A DNA stretch of 64,000 nucleotides from Lytechinus pictus (taxonomy: Eukaryota): assembly GCF_037042905.1 (NCBI RefSeq), contig NC_087263.1, positions 8,742,001 through 8,806,000 on the forward strand. The letters run 5' to 3'. Shown here piece by piece: positions 38,258 through 51,378 of the stretch; the first letter of the stretch is position 1; the number at the start of each line of letters is the position of its first letter. The position numbers and the translations under genes are program-made. The notes below the pieces were generated by a model. That model worked only from the letters and a program-made list of their open reading frames with translations. It made no database searches and was not told the origin of the DNA.

Positions 38258-39654
38258 CGGGCCCGTATGGATCATAGCTCTTAGGTTATTTTGAAAGCAT
38301 TATCATCGGTCCATTTGTAGTCGTTTTGATTGATGTGAGTGTGCCAGAAGGCAAGTCCACTCTATACTAAGCCTTTATATATAAAAAAAAAAAACATAAC
38401 AATAAAGCGTATCGATATAGGTTTGGAGAAAATCCGTCAAATAATAATTATTATATCGAAGTTATCAGAATTTCAATTTTAAGGTTTGTGGTGGTTATTT
38501 ATTCGAGTTACTCCCAGGTGTCATGTGTGTGGCGATGGCTTGAGAACTTTGGGGCATTTCTTGCCATCCCACTATACAAAGTGTGAAAACGCGACACCTT
38601 TGTTTTTTTTTTCTAATCGCGGGGTGTATTTCAAGTAATCGTAGTTTGATCGAAAAAAGAAAAATAATTAAAAAAACGAAATTCATGAAAAAGATTTAAA
38701 CAAAAGTGAGATAAGTTAAATAAACATCCCAATGATAACTCAGGAAAATCGCCATATTCCGCTTTCTAAAATTTCGCGAGTTACAGATGGCACCCCAAAA
38801 TTAGGTCTTAGCCGCAGTCGTTCATAACATCACATTACACAATGTTTTAAAAAAACACCCAGTATGACAAACAAGACATTCAGAGGTTTAATTCGTATCA
38901 AATGGTGAAAGAGATGGGTAATCTTAGCCGGCTACTCGCGCTTTATTTAGAGATAATGAGTTGATGCTTCAGACAAAGATCCAGCATGTTCAATCAGCCT
39001 CTCTTTAGCCCCGGTGCCGGTCATGCCTTTAGATTAAAGAAAAAGAAACAAAGAAAAGATGCTCCAATTCATCGTCAATTCATCAACCATGTAGTGTTTA
39101 CTTCTGTGATTCCGCACACGCCCCTCCCCCGCGCGTTCACGCACAAAACACACGCACATTGAATGCCGGCGGAAATTGCACTCTGTCGCCCGCCAATTCG
39201 CTGATTGCATTCTGTAGTTCGCCCTCGCTCATTTGCGCCGCCTGATTAGCAAATTAGGCGTCAACACTGAAATGATTCAAACTAACCCACGCTTCTTCAT
39301 CAAGTGTGACACAATGTTTCGTTTGCGATGTTCCTTGACGTGAAAAACAACTTGAAATTAAAAGTTACACCTACAAAAACATCAGTAGAAATATAAAATA
39401 GATGAATGCTTTCCCCGATTTCAATGTGTAACGATGTATCATTGGCGTCAATTAAGCGAGGAGAATCGCAACTGCCAGTGATAAAAAAATGCAATATATT
39501 TTCCACCACTAGTTTTAATATGATGTTAGACAGTTATTAGTCAGACTAAATTCCCAACGAATTAAAACAAAACATATGAAACAAAACGTTTTACAATAAT
39601 GTATACCAATGTTAGGTACTTCACTCATGTTTGTTATTGTTGTTTCTTTTACAG

Positions 39655-39826
39655 ATCCTTATGTTAAAGTGTCCCTAATGTCGCAAGGCAAACGGATCAA
39701 GAAAAAGAAAACGACGGTGAAAAAGAACACTCTTAACCCCGTATACAACGAGGCAATGGTCTTCGACGTCGCACCAGACAGCATGGAAAATATTTGCCTC
39801 ATCATCGCCGTCGTCGATTACGATTG
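39655..39826 (+). CDS. SYT9: Synaptotagmin exon, C2B polybasic region ([33 protein letters not shown]...DYDW)
   Basis: Acceptor tttcttttacAG at 39654, donor TG|GTGAAT at 39827; phase 1 to 2. Confidence 0.95.
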
Positions 39827-39842
39827 GTGAATATCAAATATA

Positions 39843-40096
39843 CACTCTAAAAAATATTGGGTAAAAATGATCCATGAGGGTATTATGAGTCCAACCAACA
39901 TTGGGCATTTCTTTTGGGGATTTTTATTTATCCAGTGTGTTGAAAATTTTGCCCATTCTACAGGAACTGCTGCTTATTTTTTAAACCTTACTGGACAATA
40001 TGCTTCCAACATTATGTAAAATACCCCCCAAAATTGGTTGGACACGTAATTACCCTCGAGATGGTTAAAATTTTACCAAATATTCTTTTTACAGTG
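39843..40096. mobile_element. CACT...AGTG MITE with TA duplication, 16 nt past a synaptotagmin splice donor
   Basis: TA|CACTCTAAAAAATATTGGGTAAAA ... TTTTACCAAATATTCTTTTTACAGTG|TA. Confidence 0.8.
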
Positions 40097-41016
40097 TAAG
40101 AGCTATCGTGACTGTGTAGTCACGTCTTTAATACCTGTTGAATGAGCATAATTTTTAATATCTGCTTTTGCTTTGATACGAAAACTTCCTTGCTCTTTCA
40201 TTATCCTTTGATAATTGTAATCGTAATCATCACCGTCCCATAATTAAATCCATTTTCCCTCCTGAATTCATAAAACGGCTACAAGAGACTCCCTCTTCGC
40301 CATGAAATATTAAAAGTGATTAATGACGTCAATGACTATTTTCTTAATCATTCGCATCGATCAAGAAGGCGCGGGGCAACAAATCTGGAAAATGGGAGCC
40401 AATTAATTGAGGAGGTGGTTGTATTCGAAATTAGAAAATGATGGTGAATTATACATGCGTTTGGGTGATTAGTGATTTGTATATGCCATTTTACACTCAT
40501 TTCCATCTGCTCTGAATCCGCATGTGATACATTTTTGGCAATAACGATGTAACATACTGGTTTAGACATTTAATGTAAAATTAAAATACACACAATCAGT
40601 AACAATATCACTGACGTACATGGCTCATGTTCCCCCCCCCAAAAAAAAAAAAAAAAATAATAATAATAATAATAAAATAGATAAATAAAAATGGTCTCCG
40701 ACCAAGAAAAACAAAACAAGACTTTTTAAGATTTTTTTTAAGACGCCATGTTGCGCCCCTCATACCTTTTTGCTTATTACTTTGCAAACAATAAGACCAG
40801 AAAAAAGCAGTTGATGGATATGAATTTCATTACCACATGAATGGAAAAGGAACGATTTGATTATTCACTTTTGTTCTGTTAAATTCCTTCGTTTTACTTA
40901 GCATTGTCTGGAGTGTTCCCGTCTATTAAACGTTAAGCTCCGATTAAAATGTTTGTAACGTCTTATTCTTTTCTCTCCACATCATCTCATTTTCGTTAAA
41001 TATAGATCGAACATTT

Positions 41017-41389
41017 CATAGGCGGATCCAGGATATTCCAAGGGGGTGGTGTAGAATAAGTTTAACAAGCCCTCCCCCGCCCCCCCCCCCCCCCCCCCCA
41101 AAAAAAAAAGATAAATAAATAAATAAGATATAATAAGATAAAATGAACATAAATAAGTAAATGAATAAATACATAAAATAAAATTTAAATATAAATAAAA
41201 TAAAAGGTCTTCACTCCAATTTAATGGTGATCTACACCAGGAATAATTGACAAGCAAACAAAAAAAAGAAAGAAAAAGGTCCTCACTGGCATATGCACGA
41301 CATATTACCCTAACAAATATTTGCTACGGCTCTCAAAGGGGGGATGGGCAATGGCCGGATGTGCCCCTTCCTGCACTGATCCGCCACTG
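41017..41389. mobile_element. hAT-like MITE
   Basis: CATAGGCGGATC / GATCCGCCACTG termini; target duplication not clear. Confidence 0.55.
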
Positions 41390-41461
41390 AAAGATTATCA
41401 AGTCTTACTTCAAAACAATTTTTTTAATTTCCTTTCCATCATTTCACTCTCTCCTTCACAG

Positions 41462-41681
41462 GGTTGGCCACAGCGAACTGATCGGAGTCTGTGAAGTAGG
41501 TCCAAACGCACCAGTGCAGGGTGCGGCGCACTGGGCAGACATGCTGACGAACCCACGTAAACCCATCGCACAGTGGTATCAACTGCAAGAATCGACGCCC
41601 GCCCTCTCCGTTGCGTCTTTGTCAGCCGGACTCAAGAACTGTATGGGATCATCCACCCAGAAATCCTTTGACCAGGAGTGA
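41462..41681 (+). CDS. SYT9: Synaptotagmin last coding exon (VGHSELIGVCEVG...HWADMLTNPRKPIAQWYQL...DQE*)
   Basis: Acceptor ctccttcacAG at 41461, phase 2, stop TGA 41679-41681. The five exons sum to 1434 nt, i.e. 477 aa plus stop. Confidence 0.95.
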
Positions 41682-43097
41682 ATATGCAGCAGGCTTATTG
41701 GCCCACATGAATTAGACGGTAATAAGGGCTGAAATAATCTTCCAGAATTACGTCTGTAATTTTTTATCATGTAAAAGATATCAGATTAAAAGGATATTTT
41801 TTGTATTTATGAAGCAAATCATAGAGCAGGCTCAGTTAGCATGTTTGTTTGACAGAAGACAAGGATGACACCATTAAGGTGATTGACAGAATCACTCATT
41901 AAATTGATAATGTATCTTGCATTGTTGAGATTAGTTCGCCCTTCGCTATCAGTGTGGCAATTCCCGATTTAATTGACACTTACTCCCACGCTATAATAAA
42001 CGCTATAAACTGGACATTTTCAGCATGGTCGTAGGTGGCGCAAGAAGTAAGTGCCTAATGCAACATTGATCCCTTCAATATTTGCAGGGACTCAAGGCTT
42101 TATCAGGGCAATTCCGTCGTAAGACTGCAATACCCTAGTTTTTCATCGTCAAGTCACAATTTAAGTGATCTGAGCAAATTGGTTAAATACAATTTGATAA
42201 ATTAATGATCGTGCCCTTTCTTGTGTGAAAGTGCATCCGCTCATGCTTGATTTATTGTCATCAAATGGAAAGTACAATTTACTACCCGGTGTTTTTGTTT
42301 TAATCGTTTATATTCAAGGAACCTAAGTTCCTTTAGAATGTAGGAAGGACAATAAGCCGGGGTGCAAATTGCTTTTAGAGAAGGAATAGGGATATATTGG
42401 ATGTAATAAAAATGAGAATATTTCAACAATGGTAGAGGCTTGATGGCAACTATCATTTTAATTTCCACACACACAAGCAAACAGATATAACTATCAATAA
42501 ATCAAGTTATTTATATCAGTTGTTGATATAATTTTTATGATACTATATATATAACTTCTCCAAATTATGGGGGGTTTTCCACAAAAAAAACACAAAAATA
42601 TTGTGTACATCAATAAAAACAAATGCTTCACCCCTTGGGGTCGTTTCATAGAGCTGTTCGTAAATTAAGAGCAACATTAAGTATGACTGACTAAGTGAAC
42701 CTATCTTACACGCTAAATAATCACCAATGAACATTAAATTTTACTGGTGATTATCATTTACCACTAGAAGAAAAGTGGTCTGAGCATTTTTTTTTGTCAT
42801 TTTTTAGTAACTGTTTCATTAAGCTTTTTGTAAATCCTTATATATGGGGAAACAAACATTGCAATTATAGGTGCGTTACTACATACACACGATCCACCCG
42901 ATTTTTCCCCTGCTTGTGCCAATTAAATATTGCGAAATTAAAGGTAGGGTTAGAAATCAATGACTGATTATGTGCGTCGCAGAAGAATTCCGTTACCACC
43001 TGAAAATTTGGTCTAACAGATGAAGTGGACGGCTAGGCACGGTGGCATCCCGATAGGAAAACCGAGGAATGTTGAACCGTGGCCGTCCTAGGTTCAA

Positions 43098-43378
43098 CCT
43101 TTAAAGGTGCAGACTAGATGTCAAACTGGGAGCATCTTTACGGTTCAACTTGGGGGGGGGTTGGGAGAGGTACAACTTTGTATTTCTCTTGATGGTGCAA
43201 AGAAGAACTTTGGGGATGCAATTCTGCACCTTATATGTGCAACTTTGCACTTTTCAGAGAGGTGCACAGTTGCACATTTCCAAAAAGGTACAAAGTTGCA
43301 CCTTAAAGGGGTTTCCAGTGTGATATCTGGTCTGCACCTTTAAAGGCGCAAAGTTTAACCTTTGTTTCTAAGTGTGTA
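43098..43378. mobile_element. TIR element remnant (CCTTTAAAGGTGCAGAC arms)
   Basis: 43098-43130 is inverted at ~43314-43346; right end ...CTAAGTGTG|TA. Confidence 0.6.
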
Positions 43379-45154
43379 TATGAAAAGTCATATAGTTCTT
43401 TTCTACTTTATTATCGATCGTGAATTGCAAGATTGCTATTCATAAACCTTGTATTTTTTCCCCTTGTTTTATCTCCCTGCATAGAATTTCGGAGTGTTAC
43501 CAAGATGACTTCTCTATTGGACATTAGATCAGCTCACCTTTTGTGTCATGGATGTTGTCTTAGGTTACAGCACGACTAGAAGTTTTGATCAGCGTGGATA
43601 GTGGAAGATTATTCGTCACTTAAACTAGCAGCTCGTAAGCGGGCGCTCTTCATCTTTATCACCCCAGGTTCATTGCAGTTGCAGTAGTTGAGTGGTAAAC
43701 GAGTTCCATATTGGGACGTGAAATATCTGCAAATCCGGCATCTGTTATGAAAATTATTTTCTTTCTTAGAAAAACAATAGTGTTTCGCCGAAAATGATTC
43801 TATGAGATTTTGTATTCATACTCCCTATCCCGGCAAATATTCGATGGTAGGCCTTTTTTTGGTCATTTTTCTGGCATTTCCTTTTTAAACTCTTATCTTC
43901 TCTCAAAGAGTTTGAGATTCAAACACAAAGTAAGTATCAGTTTACTCTTTAAACAATTTATTTACACATTCTATTGCGACTCAATTGGCATATTATTCAA
44001 AGTTTAGTGATACATTGCTTGAAAGCAGCGTATCAGAAGAACAAAATTGAATAAAGTTAATCATTCGTCAACTTTTTTAAGTGGAGTTGATATAAAACAT
44101 TTCAAACACCACGACAATTGCGTTCTTTCTGTTGTATGACTTGCATTAGTGAAGGGAAGTGTTGTGATGATGTTGAATGGAGTACTTGTAAGTGGTCTTT
44201 TGAAAATAATAGAAATAGATCGCATTGAAATAATTTTAATACAATTTTTTACTTTGTTATAACAATTAATACTTCGCGTTAGACGTGTTAGAAATGCATT
44301 CTAGTGTTGATGTAAATAATTTTTACGATAAATTTATGAAGTTAGTTCATCGGCTTGAACGATAATTTCAAGCCTCTTTCATTCTCTTTCTCACCCTCAA
44401 TCTCCCTCTCCCTCTCTCCCCCACTATTTCTCTATTACTTCCTGCATCTCTGTATGTCTCACTGTCTTTATCTTATTCTCTCACAGCACCCCTTCATTAT
44501 TTTTCTTTCTCTCTCTTTGTCCCCCGTTGTCTCTTTCTCTCCCTCTTCGTTGAAGTGTTTATGATATACATGTACATACAGCCATTACATAATGTCAAGT
44601 GCACAATTCATTTCTTAAAGGTGATTACTTCAAATGAAATTGAGCACTCAAGCTTTTAAGCCATAATGATATCGTAAGGTTTTTTATACTTCGAGTGAAT
44701 ATTGTCTTGAATGGACTTTGTAAAGTACCTTTTTTACTGATGGAGAGTAAATTGTGATTTTGTATGAACGTAAAATGAATGACATTTTTTTAATGTATGC
44801 ACGCTTTTTGATAGCTGTGCACTGTAAATACGATACAAATATTTAACTTTTTATTGATATTTGATGGTGCTTTGGCGTCTTTTGTGAATATCGTGTGAAA
44901 TAAGTTGATCAACTTTTTGCAATTCGCTGCTCAACAGAAAATAAATTATTGATATACATTATTCTTTATCATGTCTACATTTAAAGTAAAAAAGTTAATT
45001 ATTTTTTTTACTACCCAATCACTCTTCTCAAATGAATTACACAACACAACAAAAACTCCAAACTAATTTATTGTATCCTCTGGGTAGTTTTCCGTTTCAT
45101 GATTTAATTTTCAACATTGATGTATATAGAATAACAATGCTCATTGAATAAGGA

Positions 45155-45392
45155 TACATCTTTAAGATAATTTAAACACCGTTGTTTACTATGTAAATCG
45201 CACAATAGTTGTTTAAACAGTTTAAACAAGTGTTTGAAATCTTAAACAACAAAGTTTAAAGTCAAATATGTAATTATCAATCATTTAAGCATGGTTGTTT
45301 AAGGTTTTAAACACTTGTTAAAACTCTTTAAACAACTACTGTGCGATTCACATAGTAAATAGCGTTGTTTAAATTCATTTTTAACAGTTTAT
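45155..45392. mobile_element. Palindromic MITE with ~80-bp arms
   Basis: 45169-45250 is the reverse complement of ~45294-45375 with few mismatches. Confidence 0.75.
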
Positions 45393-47350
45393 ATCATATT
45401 CAAAACATCCAAAGACTGATTCAAAGTTTGAATTAGTGATGCATTATTCATTATGAGGTAGATACATTTCTCTCTTTTGTAATATTTCAATTAGTCATTT
45501 TGTGGCAAAGCACGATATTTTTAGGACTACATACGTAATTATGAATAATACTTCCACTATTCATACCAATGACAATCCTAATGAAGTTAAAATAATTATC
45601 AAGATGATGATCATGATGATATATGTTATGCTAACATAGGTGATAACGGTTATAATGATAATAATGACGACTAAAATAACCATCTGCATATAGCACTTAA
45701 TGAATGACAAGAATTCATATCATATAAACATTCCTTTAAGGCTAGAAATCCTTGTTCATTGAGTGTTTAATCAAAATTAATTATAATCAGGAGCCACAAC
45801 CAATCCCCCCCAAAAGAAAAAAAAAATAATATAAAATAATAATAGTGATAACAATGATTGCATTAATTAATAGAGTAATGATTGCAAGAATTATAATCTA
45901 ATTATATATTAAGTCTATATGAATGGTTTATCGGTATTATATAATATATACCTATAGATGAATTTAGTAGTCACGAACATTTGATTTTGACCAGTTAACT
46001 GAATAAAATGAATATCACAATGAGAATTATAAAGGGGATAGTTGAATTCAGTCATTATTTACTGGAACGTGAAATTTGCATGATTTCGAAATATACTACG
46101 AAACATGTACAATTTGATGATACATTCCACATTGTTCCCATTTAGTTGCGTTGTATTTTACTTTGTCGTGGAACCTTTCCCAATTTATAACTTTATCGAC
46201 AATTGATTGATACCTTTGAATACACTTGTTTTATAACTTGTTATTGTCTTCTTATAACACATTTGATTGATAATGTAAACTGTCTATACATAGTTCGTTT
46301 TTTATAAGATAGCATTTTCAGATAATTATGCTTTGTTTGGATTTTGCTCATTTACTCAAAATGTAAATACCCATTGTGCAATATTGATGTGAACATGTGA
46401 AAATTAAATTATTTTATTACCGATTTATGTACATATTTGGATTTATACGGATTAATATTTATTATATATACATAATGCTGTCAATTGCAATTTGCAATCG
46501 AGAGTAAGAGTTGTAAGTAAAGATAAAAAGCAAAATAGCTATATTGTCTGTTTTTTGTGGTAAGATTTGACAAAGGTTGATATTGACTAGTTGTCCTGTA
46601 AATGTGTCATTTTGGATAATAAAGATTTGTTTACGCATTTCAATTGCATAAACTGTGAATGAGGTAGTATACATTCATTTGTCGTTGTCTTATAATAATA
46701 ATGATGATAATAATACTAATAATAATGGTCATATTAACTCTTTGCCCGCCACTGACAGAATCACTCCTGCGCCACATTAATTCCAAGGTGCAATCTTAAA
46801 ATGGGATTTGCTTGTGCTATTCTAATTCAGCTCACAATAGCTTTTGATCGGTTCATTGTAAAGAAAAGCTTAGCGTGTACACAGTACAATGCGATGTACA
46901 TATCACTATTGTGTATGAGTGCATGAACAATAGACTTACTACACTCTGTGTGTATTGTTAATGATTTGTGACTTGAGTTGAAGATGGCAGCCCCCTGTAT
47001 CTGACTCTGGTCGAACAAAGCAGGCAAATAGTTAATTATGATAATAGTAATGATAATAATACTAATAATAGTAATAACAATAATAAATTCAATATTTTTT
47101 TAAGCGCCATATAGATATGCTCAATACGCACAATTGAAGGGGGCAAACAAAATGACGAATAAAAAATAAAAAAAACGATAAAAGGAGTTAGAGAGGTAAG
47201 TTTTTGGCTTATTCTTAAATATTTCGACACAATTGCTATCCTGGATCTCTAGTGGGAGGGAATTTCATAGCACGAGGCCCCACATAGACGAACCCCCCTC
47301 CCCCCGCTTGAAATGGTAATGTGTATATGCTTATAATGATAGGCCTATAC

Positions 47351-47783
47351 CCCGGGGGTAGTCAGATATATTGCTGTACACATGCGTGACCAAAAAACGC
47401 GTTAAAAGGGGTGCTTTTTCAGTTTTGGACGCGGGCCGCGCGTGCACTCGTTAAGGGTATCAAAAACAGATTTTCAAAGTAAAGGGTGATTGTGAAAGAC
47501 TGGTCAATGGCCAATCGTATTTAGGGTATGTTATTTTTCCAAAGCTTTCTTTTTCTTTAGACTAGCCAAACGTGTTTAGGGTATGTTTTTTCCCCAAGTT
47601 TTTTTTCCTCGGAGTCATATTCTGGCGACAACTTGTTTATTTAGGGGCCATAATATGTAAATAAAGCCAGCGAAAAACTTGTTTAAGGGTTATTTTTACA
47701 CAGAGAAACACTCGTTTAGGGGGGTGTTTGGAAATAATTTGGTCACGCATGTGTACGGCAATACATTTAAATGACCACCCGGG
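47351..47783. mobile_element. CCCGGG-ended TIR element with 8-bp target duplication
   Basis: ~40-bp TIRs (..TACACATGCGTGACCAAA / TTTGGTCACGCATGTGTA..); GCCTATAC 47343-47350 versus GCCTACAC 47784-47791. Confidence 0.85.
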
Positions 47784-48040
47784 GCCTACACACAAGATAA
47801 TCATTATAAGGACACAAGAGGGCGGTCTCAGAGGATGTTTATCAAGTTGGGAAGCAAGACGAGCCGACGGCCGACGTATTTTTTTCTTCAAATAAATAGC
47901 AGATGCGGACAAGAAAAATTACACGACTAAGGGGTGATGCGAGAAAATACAATTGATAGATCAGTTCCAATTGTAGCAAACCAGAATAGACTCCTTGTGT
48001 CGAGAAGCAGATAAACAATCAAACACAATATTGGTATAAG

Positions 48041-48912
48041 GGCCCCGTCTTACAAAGAGTTGCGAATGATCCGATCAATCGCAACTATGGAAAGCCAGCA
48101 AAGTCAACATCTGAAATCGCATACATTCGTAATTCCGAAGCTTCGTTATTCCGAAGGTTCAGTTATTCCGAAGGATCGTATTTCCGAAGGTTCGTAATTC
48201 CGAAGATTCGTAATTCCGAAGGTTCGTTAATCCGAAAACGAAATAAGGTTCGTAATTCCGAAGGTTCGTTAATCCGAAAACGAAATAAGGTTCGTAATTC
48301 CGAAGGTTCGTCAATCCGAAAACGAAATGTGGTTCGTAATTCCGAAGGTTCGTTAGTCCGAAAACGTAATGATTAACGAACCTTATTTCGTTTTCGGACT
48401 AACGAACCTTCGGAACAACAAACCTTATTTCGTTTTCGGATTAACGAACCTTCGGAACAACGAACCTTATTTCGTTTTCGGACTAACGAACCTTCGGAAC
48501 ATCGAACCTTATTTTGTTTTCGGATTATCGAACCTTCGGAATAACGAACCTTCGGAATAACGCCACAAATGTTCGGATTAACGAACCCTTTTACGTTTTC
48601 GGATTAACGAACATCGAGGTATAGGCAATTTACGTGTTTCGGAATTACGAACCTTCGGAATAAAGAACCTTCGGAATTACGAACCTTCGGAAATACGAAG
48701 TGTACCCGTAACCCTCTGAAATACATGTTTGTTCAAAATATTTTCTAGCAATGACGCATATTCATACATTCACTGTTTTCTTGACAACACAGTATGCTTT
48801 TCTTTGTTTTGAAAGGACATTGGGTAAATTTCCAAAAGAAATTATGACATCGGTGGATTTCCATACACTTGAAATTGAACGGATCAATCCGTAATCTTTG
48901 TAAGACTGGGCC
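48041..48912. mobile_element. Same Harbinger-like MITE, interrupted by the foldback element
   Basis: 48041-48117 and 48723-48912 align to the two halves of 36742-36987. Confidence 0.85.
48118..48708. mobile_element. Foldback element built from 16/38-bp TTCGTAATTCCGAAGG subrepeats in two inverted arms
   Basis: Subrepeat orientation flips near 48365; termini CGCATACATTCGTAATTCCGAAG / CTTCGGAAATACGAAGTGTACCCG. Confidence 0.85.
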
Positions 48913-50552
48913 CAGGACATGCAATATTCCTGCAATCGATTGCAGGTTTCTTGCAACACCTCATTAGACTTTTCTTTTTATTACTCCTTTTTCCATTTTC
49001 CTTCCCGCTTAAACCATTGCGTGACACACACAAATGACAATATTGAATAATATTTGTTTGATAATTAAATATCTCCTTTATTCCATTACTGTCCATAAAT
49101 CGACGGCATGAATTATTTCATATATTTACATAAAAAAATGATTTACATCACAGTCATCCATTTCTGATCCATGCAGGCATACTGGCCTACATGAACAAAC
49201 TATAGATACAACAAGGCAACATATTTTCTCGTAAGGAAAATATTAATAGCTTAAATCAGTTAATGAATACAGAGTTGTGCTGTGTAGACAATGGGTTCGA
49301 ATATTTTGTAGGGGCTACGTTTCTTTCTGATGGAATGCATTCATATTGCTGATACTTATCGATCAGTATTGAGCGAAACGTACTGGAAATAGAAACGAGA
49401 TCAATATGCACCCTTTTTTTATGTTCGATCATGTGCATATGCCCCAGCCTGCCCCTATGATAATTAAACAACAATTTAACAACTTCTTCAGTGCAGAACA
49501 GAACGAATCGATCAAATTGTATGATGTTCAAAAGTAATACTCGAAAATAACATCAGTGACACACCCACACATGCCACCCGATACAGAACACACTCTCGCA
49601 CGCTCCCCCACACATCTTCACATTGAACATTTGAAACATAATCATATACCCTTCACCAATGAAACAGCTTCACACATACCAATTGACACTCACACACAGG
49701 CACGCCCAATCTATCACACCCTCAACTGCGCGCCTCTTGTGCGCCTCCACACCACACAGCCAAAGCTCTGACACGGCACGCACGCAATTACACTCCTCCC
49801 AATGCATGCATGCCCTCTCACCTATCCAACAATTTGATACACATGATTGATATCAACAAACACTCCCCACTCCTATTGCATCATCGCACACTCACCCCTC
49901 ACACACCCCCATACCATTTAGACATACGGACACGCCCTTATTTATCTTTTTAACGCATTCACCCTTACATATTGATATTAACACGCATCGCCCCCTCACA
50001 CATCCACATGGATACATATTCCATTCACCCTCACTTTAAGAAATGACAAATCTGTACGCCATTTTGATTGTATACTCTCCGGAAAATCAAATATAAATTA
50101 CCTGCAAATCAAAATACCAACTTGAGTCATGTGGAATATCATGATCACGTTTTACATGGGCGTATACAGGTCTGCAGATTTCCATTTTATTCTATGAGTA
50201 TTTTTACCAGAAAAGTTTCTGGATATACTTTGGAATGGAAAATGGCAAAATTTTACTTCATCGAATTATATCAGAATAATAATATATGATGCCTTCAAAA
50301 TACAGTCAGTCATCCAGGTTTGGCCCTCAACTCCTCCATCCACTTAACGATACAATCAGCGCCTCCTCCTCCCTCAACACAACCGTCCTACTTCTACTCT
50401 CCTCCATCACTTGCTTCTTCCATGTCTTTCTTCGGACACCCCCACCCCCCCCCCTTCTCCTCAGACGAACCACCTGAACTCAGAAACTCAAGTGTCCTTA
50501 ATCTCAACACACCATCAACATCCCTCATCAACACATGCCCATAATGGACCTG

Positions 50553-50634
50553 GCCACGGAGGATTATCTATTGTTACTGGGGGTGCTGTGACAATGCTCA
50601 CCACCCCAGTAACAATAGACTAATCCTCCGTGGC
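50553..50634. mobile_element. 82-bp hairpin MITE
   Basis: GCCACGGAGGATTATCTATTGTTACTGGGG / CCCCAGTAACAATAGACTAATCCTCCGTGGC near-perfect arms; flanks CTG / CAG. Confidence 0.8.
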
Positions 50635-50637
50635 CAG

Positions 50638-50793
50638 GGCTCCGTAACACAAAGGTTTGCGATGGATTGCAAATATGAAAGAACCGCACTGATTGGTCCC
50701 TGGTCAGTATTTTAAACCTAATGCGCGTGTAACATTGACATTGATTGGTCAGTTCATTTAGCGATTGATCGCTAATCTTTGTGTTACGGAGCC
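50638..50793. mobile_element. Harbinger-like MITE (GTAACACAAAG family)
   Basis: GGCTCCGTAACACAAAG / CTTTGTGTTACGGAGCC; CAG on both sides. Confidence 0.85.
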
Positions 50794-50902
50794 CAGGTCC
50801 CTGATGCCCATACAAACAAATTATGTTCACCTTTGCCATATCATCCTCCGTCTCATCCAGACCCAACATCTACATCAAAACCTCAGTCTTCTTCCTTTCC
50901 AC

Positions 50903-51378
50903 TGGTTCCCAGACATTTGCTCCGGCGACAATTGCTCCGCTCTAAATTCCACACACTAATCGAATGACCGACCTCAACCCTGGGTTTAAAACTATACCCT
51001 ACCCTAAACATCAAACCCTTTTGCAACCTTAACCCCATACACTGTTAATAGAAAATGTATCCTTAGAATAAAAGAAGTTCCTGCAGCAGAGTCTCGAGAA
51101 CACCTGTAATTTTACCAGATTGCGTAATCTTACAGGAAATTGGTATTTGGTGTGTGGAATCTTAAAGATTTCCTTGAATAAATCACTCTTTTCCCCTTTT
51201 TAAACAGACTTGTTCTGTTAAATTGCAGAAAAATTCTTGTTTTATGAATTTACAGAATGATTCTGTTATTGCTTTCTGCAAAATCTTCTTTTTTCTGTAA
51301 AATCACGGTTTTTTTAACAGTGTATCTTCGACGAAATTGAGCGCGGAGCAATTGTCGCAGGAGAAAATGTCGTGTCAC
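50903..51378. mobile_element. Host TIR element containing the 51040-51322 MITE
   Basis: GACATTTGCTCCGGCGACAATTGCTCCGC versus GCGGAGCAATTGTCGCAGGAGAAAATGTC. Confidence 0.75.
51040..51322. mobile_element. CACTG...CAGTG MITE with TA duplication, nested in another TIR element
   Basis: TA|CACTGTTAA ... TTAACAGTG|TA; truncated homolog at 9993-10216. Confidence 0.85.

Noticed and set aside
50553-50634. Pre-miRNA hairpin
   Set aside because: CWG flanks and adjacency to a Harbinger-like MITE fit a transposon better; there is no small-RNA evidence.
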